Shown here: one piece after another, positions 36,817 through 49,044 of the stretch
Position numbering within the stretch: position 1 is the first letter of the stretch
How the letters are laid out: each line of letters begins with the position of its first letter
DNA from: Halocafeteria seosinensis
Taxonomy: Eukaryota
Length of the DNA stretch: 64,000 bases
NCBI GenBank assembly: GCA_001687465.1
Contig: LVLI01000156.1
Coordinates: 62,001-126,000 of the forward strand
Direction: 5' to 3'
Made by a program: the position numbers and the translations under genes
Notes under the pieces: model-generated
Told to the model about the DNA's origin: nothing
The model's database searches: none
Seen by the model: the letters and a program-made list of their open reading frames with translations, nothing else

Positions 36817-38214
36817 TCATGAATTGTCGTCGGCGTCCGAAATATCTATAGGCTCCCAGTCCAAGGTGACTTCTTCCCCGTCATCGCCGGAGTCCTCTTC
36901 CTCCTCTTGGGCCATTTCTTCGTCGTTATCCTTAAGAGGCACAAAAGCATCGCTAGCACATGCACCTTCCTCAATGATAGTTTGGATCGAATCAACAGTG
37001 CCCTCGGTAAGATAGTTTTCATCCAAGTTAAGCGCTTGTAGATGAGGAAGCTGAGCGGCAGATCTAGCTATTGCAACCGCTCCAGAAGAGTACGTGGAGA
37101 TTTCTTTCAACGTCAATGACTCGATGGTATCATCAATTTCCGAGTCGGCAACCCGTTCCTCCAGCGCCTTTGCTATAATCCGAGCACCTTTGTTCCCAAA
37201 TTCGTTGCCTTCTAATTTCACCACGCGGAGTCGACGGAGCTGACGCAGAAGAGCCGCCACAACTTGTGCGGCTTCTTCACCCTCGACATCATTTGTACTC
37301 AGATCTAGATACTCCAACGTGTGACAACACGGCCCTTTAAGTACAGCACTGGCAACATATTCCAGTCCTTCTTGTTCAAGACCTGTGACAGTAGTTAGTG
37401 ATCACGACACGACAGTAAAGGCACGAGATACAGAGGACAACGTACTTATATCACCCAAATCCAAATATAACAAGTTCGGCTGTTTGAGTAGCGGGCGTGC
37501 AAGTGCTTTTCCTGTGACAACACCTAAAGTGTTATCATGAAGATCCAAGTGTTGGAGGTTCTTAGTGTTGTTCAGCGCGTTCGCCAGAGCTTCTCCTCCT
37601 TCTTTACCACCTCTTGATGAGGAGAACCGGAAGTACTCTAATTGAGGGGAGGCCTCCACGAGTCTGGCGATAGCAATGGCGCCGTCACTACCACTCATAT
37701 TGTTAAAGAACTCGATTCGTTTTAGCGTTGTTGGTGTTCTATAAAGTAGTAAATCGGCGATTGTTTGGGCGCTCTCGGCGGAAATTCCATCATTGCAAAA
37801 GTATACTTCTTCCAGATATTGTCGATCGCGCAGTAAGTTGGTCAAAGGGACGAGTCCTTTGGGGCCGATCGCGTTATCACTCAGATTGATGACACGCAAT
37901 TTGTGATCTACCAGTGCTGCACTGAGAATTCTGTATACTTCTAGGGCTTCTGCTTCGGGCCGTCCAGCAATAATGTCGTCCATATGCACCACTTCCAGCG
38001 CCGGAAGTTTAGCGATGGCGCGAGCCGCTACCTCTGCTGCCTCTGCACTCCATGCCCAGGTGCTGAGTACCAAGTCGGTGTAGTCCGTTTTGCGGTCTTC
38101 CAGGACATCAGCAAAGAGTTCTTGGGCTTTTTCAGCTGTAAGAGCTCCTCGGGGTCCTCGGACATCCTTGACAGTACGCGTTGACTTCTCCTCCTCCTCG
38201 GGCGAACTCATCAT
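36817..38214 (-). CDS. RANGAP1: Ran GTPase-activating protein (LRR plus acidic tail)
   Basis: DDIIAGRPEAEAL, LSDNAIGPKG, FFNNMSG, FRFSSSR, LDLHDN and acidic C-terminus. One intron at about 37383-37448. Confidence 0.9.
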
Positions 38215-38705
38215 TATTATTTTTAACTTTTGTCTGAAATCCAAAATGACGACTTTTGTCCTGTATGTATAACTACTAGCATTCTATCAATCAACACCGT
38301 TGCAGCTAACTAGATAATCCCCGGATTCCATGTACTCTGGTTCGGACGCTGGGAAATTGCCGTCCCACCTCCAGCCTGGGGCGGCCAGGGGCCCTGGAAG
38401 TGAATACCTGTTCGGGAAAGACACTTCGACATGTGTGGCGTACTAAAGCGCGTTGGCGCTTCAGGATTCCTAACCCTAATCACGACTAACTACAGTCTGC
38501 CCCACCGGCACCTCTCAGTGCAGACTCACCTGACCAGCTAGCCTTCATCAGCGGGAAGGCACGTTTGATTGATGAAATGGAATGAATGACATAAAGTGTA
38601 CGAAAAGATTGCTGCTTCGCGAGTCGTGTTTTGACATCACATGACAGTGTTTGATGATATTTGTCCCACATATATATGGTACAAGTACAAGGGTAGCTCG
38701 TCAAA

Positions 38706-40337
38706 ATGAACCAGAGTGATTTCCGTCAATTGTTGGCGTCTTCGTCGGTGAAACGAACGCCAAATAGCGGAAATAACCACGATGGAGCAGCTGCGTCCGG
38801 AGGCCAACAGGAGCGAAAAAAGCCAGGCAGTAAGAAAGGCAGAGGTCCTCCCAAGAAACAAAGTGACGAGAATGAAGAAGCAGATGATGAAAAACAGAGG
38901 AAGTTGCTCAAGGAGAAGTACAGGGATCGAGCGAAAGAACGGCGTGAACAAAAGACAGGAGGCGAAGAAGATAGCAAGGGAGAACCTGAAATTACAGAGG
39001 AGCAAATGGCTCATATAGACTATGAGAAGAGCAAATATTTGGGAGGGGATGCAGAGCATACGCACCTCGTTAAAGGGTTAGACTTCAAACTAGCCGAAAA
39101 AATCCGACGTGAGCAGCTGGAGCAACAACAGCAGCGCCATCAACAACAACATGCTGCTGGGAGCCATGCAAGCCGCCAGAGAATAAATAAAGGAATGCAG
39201 GAGGCCATGGGGGTGTCCCGTGTCAATAGACCGGTTCAGTTTAATACTCATCTTGGATCCACAATTTATCGTTTGGTTAATGAGACTCTGTCGGATAATT
39301 CAAAAAGCTCCGGACTGGGAGTTACGAGATCAGGACGACATGAAGACCGGTTCCTTCCCGGTAGTAAGTGGGATGTAGTGTGAGGAAAAGTATCTTGACG
39401 GTATGGCATTGTTGTCTTTTTCTTTACTGTGTATCCAGGAACGGCGTTTGAATTCGATTTAGGGGACGATCCAGACGACTTAGAATCTGTGTGCAGACTA
39501 CCGACACTGATCACTCGACCAAAAGAGGATATCGCCGAAGCAGACGATGGCATGTGCGTCCAATGTCCCCGAGACATAGTGGATCGTCTATCAGAAATAA
39601 TGTCTGGTCTGCCTAGTAACCGCCGCTCACGGACGAAATTAGTGAATACCGGAGAGCTCCCAGAGGGTACGCCGAAGTGGAAAACAGATACAAAGGCTCA
39701 CCAGTCGCCGCAAACGGCTACATCGCAAAAGCCGGTAATCGACGAAGATGATGACATATTCGAAGATGCTGGTGACTATTTTGGTCGCTCATTTGTCAAA
39801 AAGGCCCAAGAAGACGAGGATGAAGAAGATGATGATGATCAGGACGACATCCTGCGTGATGCGGATTTCGGATTTTTCGACAACAAAGAGCAGGTCGAGG
39901 AAGAGGAAGAAGGTAGCAAGGAAGGGAGTGAGCTACAAACTTCAGGTTCTTCAAATACCCAACAAAAGAAGGCAAGCTCGTCCTCAAAAGACGAACAAAA
40001 TAAGCGCTTACAAGAAAAACTAAAGCAAGTTGAATACGAGGAGTTCCTGCCAACGGCGGGCGCAGCTACAACGAACCTTTCGACCGTCGTGTACGATAGC
40101 GAAGAAGATGAGGACCCTTTCAAGCTGGCCCAAGAAAGTAAACAACAACTACGAAGTACATTGGAAATGGCAAACGCCGAGGAGCAACAACAGAACTCTA
40201 ATAAGAAGCGTAAGCCAGATCCGAAGTTGGAACAAAAGAAAGAAAATGCCCGGAAGAAGAGCAAGTTTGAAAACGAACTCAAGAGTGTAGAGAAAAAGAT
40301 CGAAGAAAAGCGAGCCAAGAAACAAGAAAAGCAATGA
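38706..40337 (+). CDS. IK: Protein Red / IK (spliceosomal B-complex factor)
   Basis: NQSDFRQLL, YRDRAKERRE, SKYLGGDAEHTHLVKGLDF, FLPG, PTLITR and DDDIFEDAGDY. Confidence 0.88.
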
Positions 40338-40412
40338 AAAGACATAGTTAGCGTCACCACTTGTCCAAGAGTTGTAGCAGATCAAACCAATATACACCCA
40401 CGCAAGGGCCTG

Positions 40413-40470
40413 GGTTTGGTCCAGGCCGACTTTGGATCTAAGTGGTTTGGTCCGAGCCGACTCTGAGTCT
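40413..40470. repeat. Two-unit degenerate tandem repeat (31 bp period)
   Basis: GGTTTGGTCCAGGCCGACTTTGGATCT (40413) and GGTTTGGTCCGAGCCGACTCTGAGTCT (40444). Confidence 0.7.
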
Positions 40471-40579
40471 CCACATTCGAGAGTCTATCGTACCTGCGTA
40501 AGTTTGTTAGACACTCTGTCTAACTTTATTTGATCGATTTTGTTCTGGATCCAGTTCATCGATATAGGTGGGACCCACT

Positions 40580-41454
40580 ATGCACAGGATTGCCGTTGGT
40601 GTATGCTCTCGGCGGCCTGCGTATCCCCTCTCGAACACTCTATCTCCCAAAGTTTGTCGTTCTCCTTTACACTGCGTGCCAGTAGCGCTCTATAATGGAG
40701 CTATACAGAGACGATATTTCCATCCCTCTTCGTGGATGAGGGAAGACCAACAGAAGCAGCCGAAAGAGGTGAGTACTGGGGCCATGGATACCTGACCGAA
40801 CCAGGAAGAAGTCTATAACATGTCTTTGATGAGGACTCTCTGCAGAACCGATATTGGATGAAACGGGAGAGTCTGCTGGGAACTGTACCGAATGTCCTGA
40901 CGACGCTACGATTGGTAGGAGCCCCCGTTGTGGCTTACTGTGTCCTCAACAGCTATTACGATGTGGCCGTGTACGTGTTTGGTATTGCGGGGTTCTTCGA
41001 TGCGGCGGATGGATACATAGCGAGGAAGTTTGACCAGGGATCTATCCTGGGCTCCTACCTGGACCCTTTGGCAGATAAAATGCTCGTCGGATGCACCACC
41101 GTCGCTGTGGCCATGCAGCAGTTAATCAACCCTTGGCTGGCGACACTGATAATTGGGAGAGATGTAGGGCTGATACTCGGAGTGTTATATATGAGATGGA
41201 CTACAAAACCTAAAGGAGTTCCATTTTTTGGCTTTAGCGATCCCACTTCTCTATCTGCGACGCCCTCTAATATAAGCAAGGCGAACACGGGTTGTACGAT
41301 TGGCCTGATTATATCCGCCCTCACTTACGCCGCATGGGGAACTCCAGAAGTCTATGTCCTGGATGCACTAAGCGCAACTGTTGGTTTGACAACGATCTGG
41401 TCGGGAACTCAATATATCCTTGACAAGGACTCATACAAGTTAAACAGAAAATAG
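40580..41454 (+). CDS. CRLS1: Cardiolipin synthase (CMP-forming, CDP-alcohol phosphatidyltransferase)
   Basis: Mitochondrial presequence-like N-terminus, then TVPNVLTTLR, DAADGYIAR...GSYLDPLADK and PSNISKANT. Intron at about 40770-40845. Confidence 0.85.
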
Positions 41455-41699
41455 CCGTTGACTGAGATCGCAAACAGCAAACACAGAATGCACGGCCTGG
41501 ACACGGAATCCACCACTTGAACACTTCGCAGGCAAGGAGACATGCCACTTAAGCACACACACACGCACACGCACACTCTTCAGCATGCCAAGAAACCATC
41601 ATACATACCAGTACCAGCAATATCGAGAACCATTACCCTCTGAATGGTATCTTCTGCTAAAATCGCTTTGAGCCGATGAAGGAAGCTAACACAGATGCA

Positions 41700-42210
41700 A
41701 AATAAACTTGCCGCTTCGTAATGGTAGTGGTGGGGAAGCACCAACCCATCTCCAAGAAGGATCTCTTACAAGGTTGCATCCTACCGGAAGACGTGTAGGT
41801 TACGCGAGTATTAGTATTGCTCCTACAGGAAGACGTGCAAGCTACAGACTACGCTACGCCGTATGAGGGATGAACCCTACCCGGAACCACTCCATCTTCC
41901 TCACGTTGTGGCGCATCAACGTGACTGACAGTTTAGCCGTCATCCGCTTGCGAACGTTCCGCATCTCTTCTTGTGAGTGTACTGCACGGTTTTCATAGTA
42001 CACCCCACATGTGGTACAGTAGAAGAAGTTCGTACATGAAGAGCTTCTCAGGTATCGCGAGGCAATACACCACTTAAGCATGTCAAGAAACCACCATATA
42101 TATGCATGTATGCCCTATTGTGAGCCTGCTGTGTTGCCGGACTTCATAAACTGGGTACAAGGAATCGAACTTCAAAAGGCACAACATGTCACTGGGGCAA
42201 CTTCAACTTG
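41700..42210. repeat. Copy B (short, internally deleted or decayed) of the composite repeat
   Basis: 36 bp identical to 31898-31933 at 41739-41774; ACACCACTTAAGCATG at 42067; TATTGTGAGCC at 42116; ACTTCATAAAC..GTACAAGGAATCGAACTTC..TGGGGCAACTTCAA at 42141-42206. Confidence 0.8.
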
Positions 42211-42377
42211 TGTCTCTGCCCCTTTCCCACACCGTATAATACGGTCCGTATTGGGGATTCCTAAATGCAACCACTTGCCCGAAATCCTTTGTAGGTAGGT
42301 AAGATTGCGCGACCCTCCTTGTTGTTTCTTCCGTTTCGACACGGCCCGGATGACCCCGTAAACAGGCTGGTTGGACG

Positions 42378-44875
42378 ATGAATTCAATTCTTCAGAAACT
42401 TGTCGTAGGTCAAGGATGTGATACCGGCGAGGGGGGAAATGGGGGCGCCTCAGCGCAGAACCCTGTTTCTCAGCTAGTGGACCAAGTTTGGCGGCAGCAA
42501 GCGACTGGCCCATCTCAACAGGTAGGCCATGGGGGGCATACTGAGAGAACGGCGGTAATGATGAACCATGGAGAACATCCTGACATGTTTGCCTCCATGG
42601 ACCCAGTCCAGCAGATGAGGCTCTTAGAGCAGCAACAACAGCAGAGAACTCAGGCCAATTCGAGTGGTAGGTTGTGTCATCTCTTACGTAGCTGAAATAG
42701 CACGCCGATGGTCGAATGTATCTGTACATGGCTTCGCAGGCGCAGCAGCACTGGCGTCTTTCCCGGCTGAGCAAACTCGTTCTGGTCTCCAAGCGCATGG
42801 AGCTCCAATGCAACAGCGCATTGCATCCAATACTACAAATGGAGAAGGTTACTCCTATGAGCAGGAGATGATGCATGCTCTCGAGCATGCGTGGGGTGAA
42901 GCCCAGAAAGCATCTGCTGACCCCGCACAAATGCGGGCCCATGCACCGTATACGCCCAATAGTTATCATCCTGGCCAACACATGGAACAGCAGCTACAGT
43001 GGCCTACTCATTACGCCAACATGTACAGCATGATGTCTCAACTACCGCCGCAGGCTCAGACTCTGCACTATCAGCAACCGGCTCCGCCGGAAGCCTTCAG
43101 CCACGCACCTACAGGGCAACGAAGTTCGGAGGCGCAAAACGATGAAGTAGATTTGGAAAGAGAGTATGAAAGAAACTTAGAAGAAGCTCTTGGATCTCAA
43201 ATGCGGAGGGGACAAAGTAATGCCGCACCCTCTGAAGATGTGCACGATGCGCGTCGATCCCAGGCGGCACGTTTGGCGCAGCAACTGAGAGAAGATCCTG
43301 ATGAGCGTTTCGCTAACTCGGAACTAACTGATTTTCTTACTCGAATTTCTTTAGGATACTTAAAGTTTGATGACACTAACGGTGACGTAGTACATGGAGC
43401 TCCAACGGATGGTGCCGATGCATTACATTCTCAGGTCCAAAGCACTTCCCACACTCCGACTGAACCTGCAGTAACCTCTGCTCCCCCGATAAATTCTTCC
43501 CAGCAACTAGAAAACATGTGGCGAGAGGCTTTAGAGCAAAATGATAGTGAGAAAATCCGAGAGACAATTCACGCAATGGCTGAAGCGGCAGGACAGGACG
43601 CGATGAATGGCGGCACGGAAGTTGATTCGAACAACATGGATCAAGAGATGCAAGACCAACTAATGAAAGCGTGGGCTGAAATAGCTTCTTCAGAAATTGA
43701 CGACTGGGGAGACATACTTTCTCCACCCGAAACGAGACGTCATTCGTCTGCTGCTCCTACCCAGACGAGTAGTACTAGTTCTCCTGCTGCTTACGACTGG
43801 AGGTACGATGCGCAGACGTTGGCGCAGACCAGTGGAACAGCCGAAGAACATTTCCAGAGGGGGCTACACCACTTGAGAAATCGTAAGCCATTCAAGATAT
43901 TTGATTATTACAACCTTCGTTATTGAGTGTTTACTCGTTTTCTGTTCGCAGACGAGAACCGTGAGGCTATTCACTCGTTTGAAGCGGCTGTAAATTTAGA
44001 TGAGACTCACTCGGAGGCATGGCGGTGCTTAGGCCAGGCGCATGCAGACAACGATGATGACCGCAGTGCAATAACGTGTTTGCATAATGCTGTACATTAT
44101 GATCCTTTCAACCTTGAAGCCCGGCTGGCGATTGGTGTCTCGTATCTAAATGAGAAAAATTATAGTGGGGCACTAGAGAATTTGCAAGCATGGGCGCAAC
44201 ACAACCCGGAGTTTGCAGGCATGGACCAGGATACGCTCCACCAGACACGGAGTGCGGCGGAAAACACCATGTCGGATGACTTAATGCAAGTATGTGAATT
44301 GTTATGCACTACAGGACGTCTACACCTTTATTCTGAACTTTCGTCACTGCAGCTGATGAACAGTGCTTTGGAAACTGCTCCAGGTGATCCCCAGGCACTC
44401 ATTGTTCAAGGCCTGCTTTATACCCTGAGAATGGAATATCACACGTAAGTGTTTTTATGCGTTCGTCCCCAACTCTTGCCCATGTAGACGTTTGAAGGCA
44501 TGTGCGTACAGTGCGTCGCAATGCTTCAAAGAGGCACTAAAATCGGCGCCTACAGATTACAGTTTGTGGAATAAGTTCGGCGCTACATTGACGAGGAGCG
44601 GACGCTCCCAAGAAGCGCTCCCAGCATACCAACGAGCACTTCAGTTAAATCCTTCTTACGTCCGGGCTCAACTGAATGTAGGCATTAGTCAGTACAATTT
44701 AGGCAAGTATGACGAGGCTGTTACAGCGTACTTGAAGGCCTTACGCATTAATCCAGAAGCGAAACACTTGTGGTCCCAAGTTCGCCTCTGTTTCACTTGC
44801 CAAGGAAGGTATGACCTTGTGGCGAAGACTGAGAAGGAAGACATTGGCGCACTTGGGAGAGAATTCGGAGTATAG
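42378..44875 (+). CDS. PEX5: Peroxisomal PTS1 receptor PEX5
   Basis: N-terminal Cys (LVVGQGC...NPVSQL), PEX7-binding-like FANSELTDFL...G, and TPRs AI.SFEAAV, SEAWRCLG, DYSLWNKFGATL, YVRAQLNVGIS. Confidence 0.92.
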
Positions 44876-45111
44876 CATATCAGTCACATACAGGGAGGTG
44901 GTACTAGCAAAGTATGAGCTAATGTGGGTACAGTGTGCCAGGTTATATTGATTCTGGCCCGCAACAGCCGAGCAGGACCTGCGTGCCACTTGGACACAGC
45001 CTTACTGAGGGGCGTTTAGTTGGCCTGGATTGGTGTTTAACCGGTCACTGCTAAGAGTGATCTAACCAATACTATAGGTGAATGACGATCGGTAAAAGGC
45101 TTCGTCTCCAA

Positions 45112-46318
45112 TTAGGATTGATCTTCATCAAGCACGTAGATAGGACCCTTGGCGGAGAGTCTCTCTATGTCCTTCTCTAATTGAGCTAACTGATTCTCGC
45201 AATCTTCCTTTCTGCAGAAGGGAAATGCTTGAATACCCGCTAAAATAGACCAAATATTTGAAGACAACTCACGCTTGTATCTGGCCGAAAGTAGAGTTCG
45301 TTGTCGATATATTTTTCCAGGTCATCTTCTGGTACTCATGATTTACCAGGTCCCATTTAGTCTTTAAGGCATTGAGGAGTTCATCGCGCTCCTCTTCGCT
45401 CATTTCGCGATACTGTAAAAGGGTGTAATTTACATTTACTAAAAGACAAGACGATTTAAAGAGCTCACTAGCGTCCGCAAAGCTTACCCTAGGACCCTCC
45501 TCATGTTTCATTTCATCTTCATCCAGAATCTGTTGGATCATTTCCCGTTCTGCCTCCACCTCTTTCTTCACGTCATCAAGGTAAGCAGGAACCTGTCCAC
45601 GAAAAGAGTGCTTCCGCACGTCAGTCATGCATGTGCCATTCATTTGTTTGCGATCTGAGGCATACCTTCCCGTAGTCAGCTTTATGGAGGTAATCCGGTT
45701 CTCCTCGATGTCGTCCTCCGGGAGCTGCCGAAAAAGAGTCGGAAAAAATGCATCCCCGGCTGGCAGTCGATATACTTTCGCTTTTTTCCATTTTTCTTAC
45801 CGGCTAAAATATTTTCGACTGCATTGCCTACTACGTAGTTTTTATCAGACCTGAGCCCGTGAGGAGGCTGTTCGTCTCGCTTAGGGATGGAAGGCTTTCT
45901 TCGCTCATGTTGCCGCTGAAACCGTTTTGCTGCACAATAATGCCCAAATCCTAATGCGGATGCATGGATATGTCAATGCCAAGCCTCAAACACACTTACG
46001 TTTGGTTTTATCGGGCATCGCAGCTCCTGTACGTTCGTGAGCTTTCAGATACTGTTTCGGCTGGATCTGATCCTTGGTTATTCTCCCTATCGTCCCATTC
46101 GGCTTTTTTTGTGTGACATTATTGAATGTCGACCGTACCGGCGGGTTCGTGGGGTTGTACTTGGAGCGATACATGGGTAATTTCTGCGCTGGAGGTTCTT
46201 CGCGCTTAATCCAATTGTAGATATTCTCCCCCGAACCCAGGAATTCACCCACGGAGCCTCCCATAGTGCCAGTCCCATACTGTTGCTGGCGGTCGGCTGA
46301 TGAAAATGAAGAATTCAT
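45112..46318 (-). CDS. ENKUR: Enkurin-family axonemal protein
   Basis: ENIYNWI...PMYRSKY, DYGKVPAYL, MSEEER.ELL.ALKTKW...EYQKM and KE..E.QL.QLEKDIERLS across several exons. Confidence 0.82.
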
Positions 46319-46449
46319 TCTGTCGTTGCAAGCCTCTAACCGTAGTGAATAGCGCTTCGTATCGTGGCCGACGGGGTTAACGGCCAAACGTGTCGAGGTC
46401 GCTCCGGGAAAGGTGTGTTGCTGCAAACACAATCAGACAACGAGATAAG

Positions 46450-47260
46450 ATCCGACGCCGAATGGATAATGAACAAATATGATATTAACCTCTCTTAGAT
46501 ACACATGAGTGCTATCATGCACATGTGGAGCGTCGGCCATTGAATGCGCATGTTGAAGTTCCAGAGTGTCAGGGGACGCACATCGTAGTTTATGCCGTAT
46601 ACTTAAACCTCGGCGTTTAGATAGATGGTTGATTTCTGTTCGAATCTGGAACGAGTGTGGCGCGCCCGATTTGCGATATAGAAACTCGAGGGACTTTTTC
46701 ATTGAGTGCAGTTGTTGTGTCGGCTCGAATCTGGTGATTGCTCATTTAAATATGGCGTTGGTTTCTGTTCAGATGTGGAGAAGTATCAAAAGCATCCTTT
46801 ACGAGGGCACACGTTTTCGCTGCATGAAACCGAGGCAAAATGGGCAAGGGTCCGCCCGGGAGTGTATCATAATGCTTACAGAGACAGTAGATGCACTAGC
46901 GATTTGTGTTCCTAACCGTTGTCACGGTTTCATCTCCAGCTCGTCATAATATTGGTATTGGTCGACGACGAAGATGTGACTGTCGGCAGCTGGATGTTAG
47001 CCGCTACACTTAGGTAGCAGCTGGCGCCCGTGTCTGGCAGCTACAGGCCCGCTGTTCCACTAGGAGAGGGGCAGCATAAACGAGTGACTTCAAAGCATTG
47101 ACGCAGACCCGAACTTCAGTATCCGTTTCCGTCACATCCCATGGGACCTCCGCATGGCTAGCTAGCAGTTCATTGCTTAATAGGATTGGGAGGATATTGT
47201 TGGTATTGGTACCCTTCGCAAATCCTCAGTGCTTCGACCAATGTTACAGAGCTTTCCTTC
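46450..47260 (+). pseudogene. Decayed GT31 (beta-1,3-galactosyltransferase-like) relic
   Basis: 46961-47002 encodes VDDEDVTVGSWMLA, the GT31 EDV-x-x-G-x-W motif. Flanking fragments sit in shifting frames with stops and there is no intact ORF. Confidence 0.5.
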
Positions 47261-47389
47261 CAGTGAAAACAAGGAAAATTCCCCTAACAAGATGATTGAA
47301 AGACACTGTACAAGTCGTCGAAAAGCAAAGTGATGGTGGACAGTAAATCTATACAGTCATTTGCTAATTTTCTAATGGAGGGTCTCAAA

Positions 47390-47392
<3 letters not shown>

Positions 47393-47420
<28 letters not shown>
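47393..47420. repeat. (GT)14 microsatellite
   Basis: Direct reading of the sequence. Confidence 0.97.
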
Positions 47421-47423
<3 letters not shown>

Positions 47424-47864
47424 CATGGGTTACTGCAGAGGGACTATTTTACTTGTTAGGACAGGAAAAGAGGTCGCCCCTACATATTTCTTCCTCTTGC
47501 TCCCTTTCTCAAAGATACTCAAACTCCGGGTCACTCATCCGATTGGCCAGTCACCACTGGTAGTCACCTCCGTGGGCACATTGTTAGTTGTGCCCTGTGT
47601 GGTATAATTGCGCACCTAGCATATAAGCATCTGTAGAAAGAACCAAAACGTCAAGCTCAGCTTCATACCTGCATTGTCGCAACTTGCAAGTTGCCGTGCG
47701 ACCATTTTCCAGTTTTGCGGAACGCTTTTAAAAGTAAAACTGGCTTAGCTAGTAGCTATGTTACGGTACATTGTTACCTGCCTAGGAATTGACTTACACT
47801 GTGTCTCTTAAAAAAAAAAATAGACAGTAATAATCATGTTGCCTCCGAGTTGAGCAGAGCGAAC

Positions 47865-48995
47865 ATGGAAGGAGGTCGCCACGACCATCCGGTGTACTTA
47901 ATTATCTGGCATCAGAAGTCCCGGCGATACTACCTGTACAACCAGTGTACAGGAGTCTCGACGTGGAATGGCGATGCCTCCGTTGCCCAGGGTTATAAAA
48001 AACGGTTTACCAACGTTTGGAAGGAATACTTTGATAGTGGAAGTGCAGAGTGCTTCTTTTTCAATCTCTCCACGGGAGAGAGTGACTGGGAGCCACCAGG
48101 ATGCAAGGTCTGCCACAGCAGACCGCCAGGCTTACAGCAACGACGAAAGCAGCGAGTCGAACCATGTGTAACGAGCAGAAGACGCATAGAGAAACAAGGG
48201 AAGGCGGGACTGAATGAGACACCACAGAAACGAGCAGACGCAAACAACAGATCGGTCGCACGCTCCAACGGTCCTGCTAGTACACGTACTGATGGCACAA
48301 AGATTATTGAGGTTCCCACGGCAACCTCTATACCTCTCGGTAACTCATCGTCTGGAATGCTAGTTGTTGAGTCTACTGTGACAACGTCTCAAATCCAACC
48401 GCAGTATGAGGAAATTCGCAGGAATGCGAAGAAGTATAAAGAAAAACGCAAGCATGAGGAGTATGCCAGCGGTAACTTAAGACTCAAGGACCCAGGCAAG
48501 GTGAGAGGACGTTCTTTAGGCTCGCTTACGGATACCGTTTCCGCGAACGATATTAAGTATTCCACTCTAGAGTCCTGTGAGGAACCACGAAGGAACTCTC
48601 ACCCTGGGGTCATCCAACTCAGACAAGAAAAATCTGCCGGAACAACCGCGACAACTGCGAGTCTACCCCTTGATGAGTACTTCGCCAGTATATGTTCAAA
48701 ACTATTACGAAAAGAGTTCAGAGAAAGTGGTATGCGTGAGTCACGCACATTCCATAAATTTAGGTGGCCTACAGACACGAACACATTTCAGGCAGTAGTG
48801 CCAACGGATTCTCTACCGGAAGATGTTTACGACAGTACAGACCCTCGCGAGCGGTTCGGCAAGATTCCCCGGAGATTTCACCTGGAGGACAACCGACTGA
48901 TTAAAGACCTCTACCAAGATTTCAAGCAGCAAAGGGAGGCGAAGAAGAAGCCGCTGACCACGTCATTTGGTCGCTGGGCCGAGTCTATCGAGTGA
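47865..48995 (+). CDS. Protein with two N-terminal WW-like domains
   Basis: RYYLYNQCTGVSTW and WKEYFD...FFFNLSTGESDWEPP. Intronless ORF. Confidence 0.7.
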   Translation: MEGGRHDHPVYLIIWHQKSRRYYLYNQCTGVSTWNGDASVAQGYKKRFTNVWKEYFDSGSAECFFFNLSTGESDWEPPGCKVCHSRPPGLQQRRKQRVEPCVTSRRRIEKQGKAGLNETPQKRADANNRSVARSNGPASTRTDGTKIIEVPTATSIPLGNSSSGMLVVESTVTTSQIQPQYEEIRRNAKKYKEKRKHEEYASGNLRLKDPGKVRGRSLGSLTDTVSANDIKYSTLESCEEPRRNSHPGVIQLRQEKSAGTTATTASLPLDEYFASICSKLLRKEFRESGMRESRTFHKFRWPTDTNTFQAVVPTDSLPEDVYDSTDPRERFGKIPRRFHLEDNRLIKDLYQDFKQQREAKKKPLTTSFGRWAESIE

Positions 48996-49044
48996 GTGGA
49001 GCATCAAGCCAAGTAGCATAGAAATTGAGAGTTGTGACATTGGA

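Noticed and set aside
38371..38480. CCAGGG-G-CCCTGG inverted repeat and TAACCCTAA telo-box-like word in the RanGAP/IK divergent promoter
   Set aside because: Single short occurrences that are not distinguishable from chance without genome-wide statistics.
41773..41850. CRISPR-like repeat-spacer pattern
   Set aside because: Only two degenerate units, no cas genes, and a eukaryotic context.
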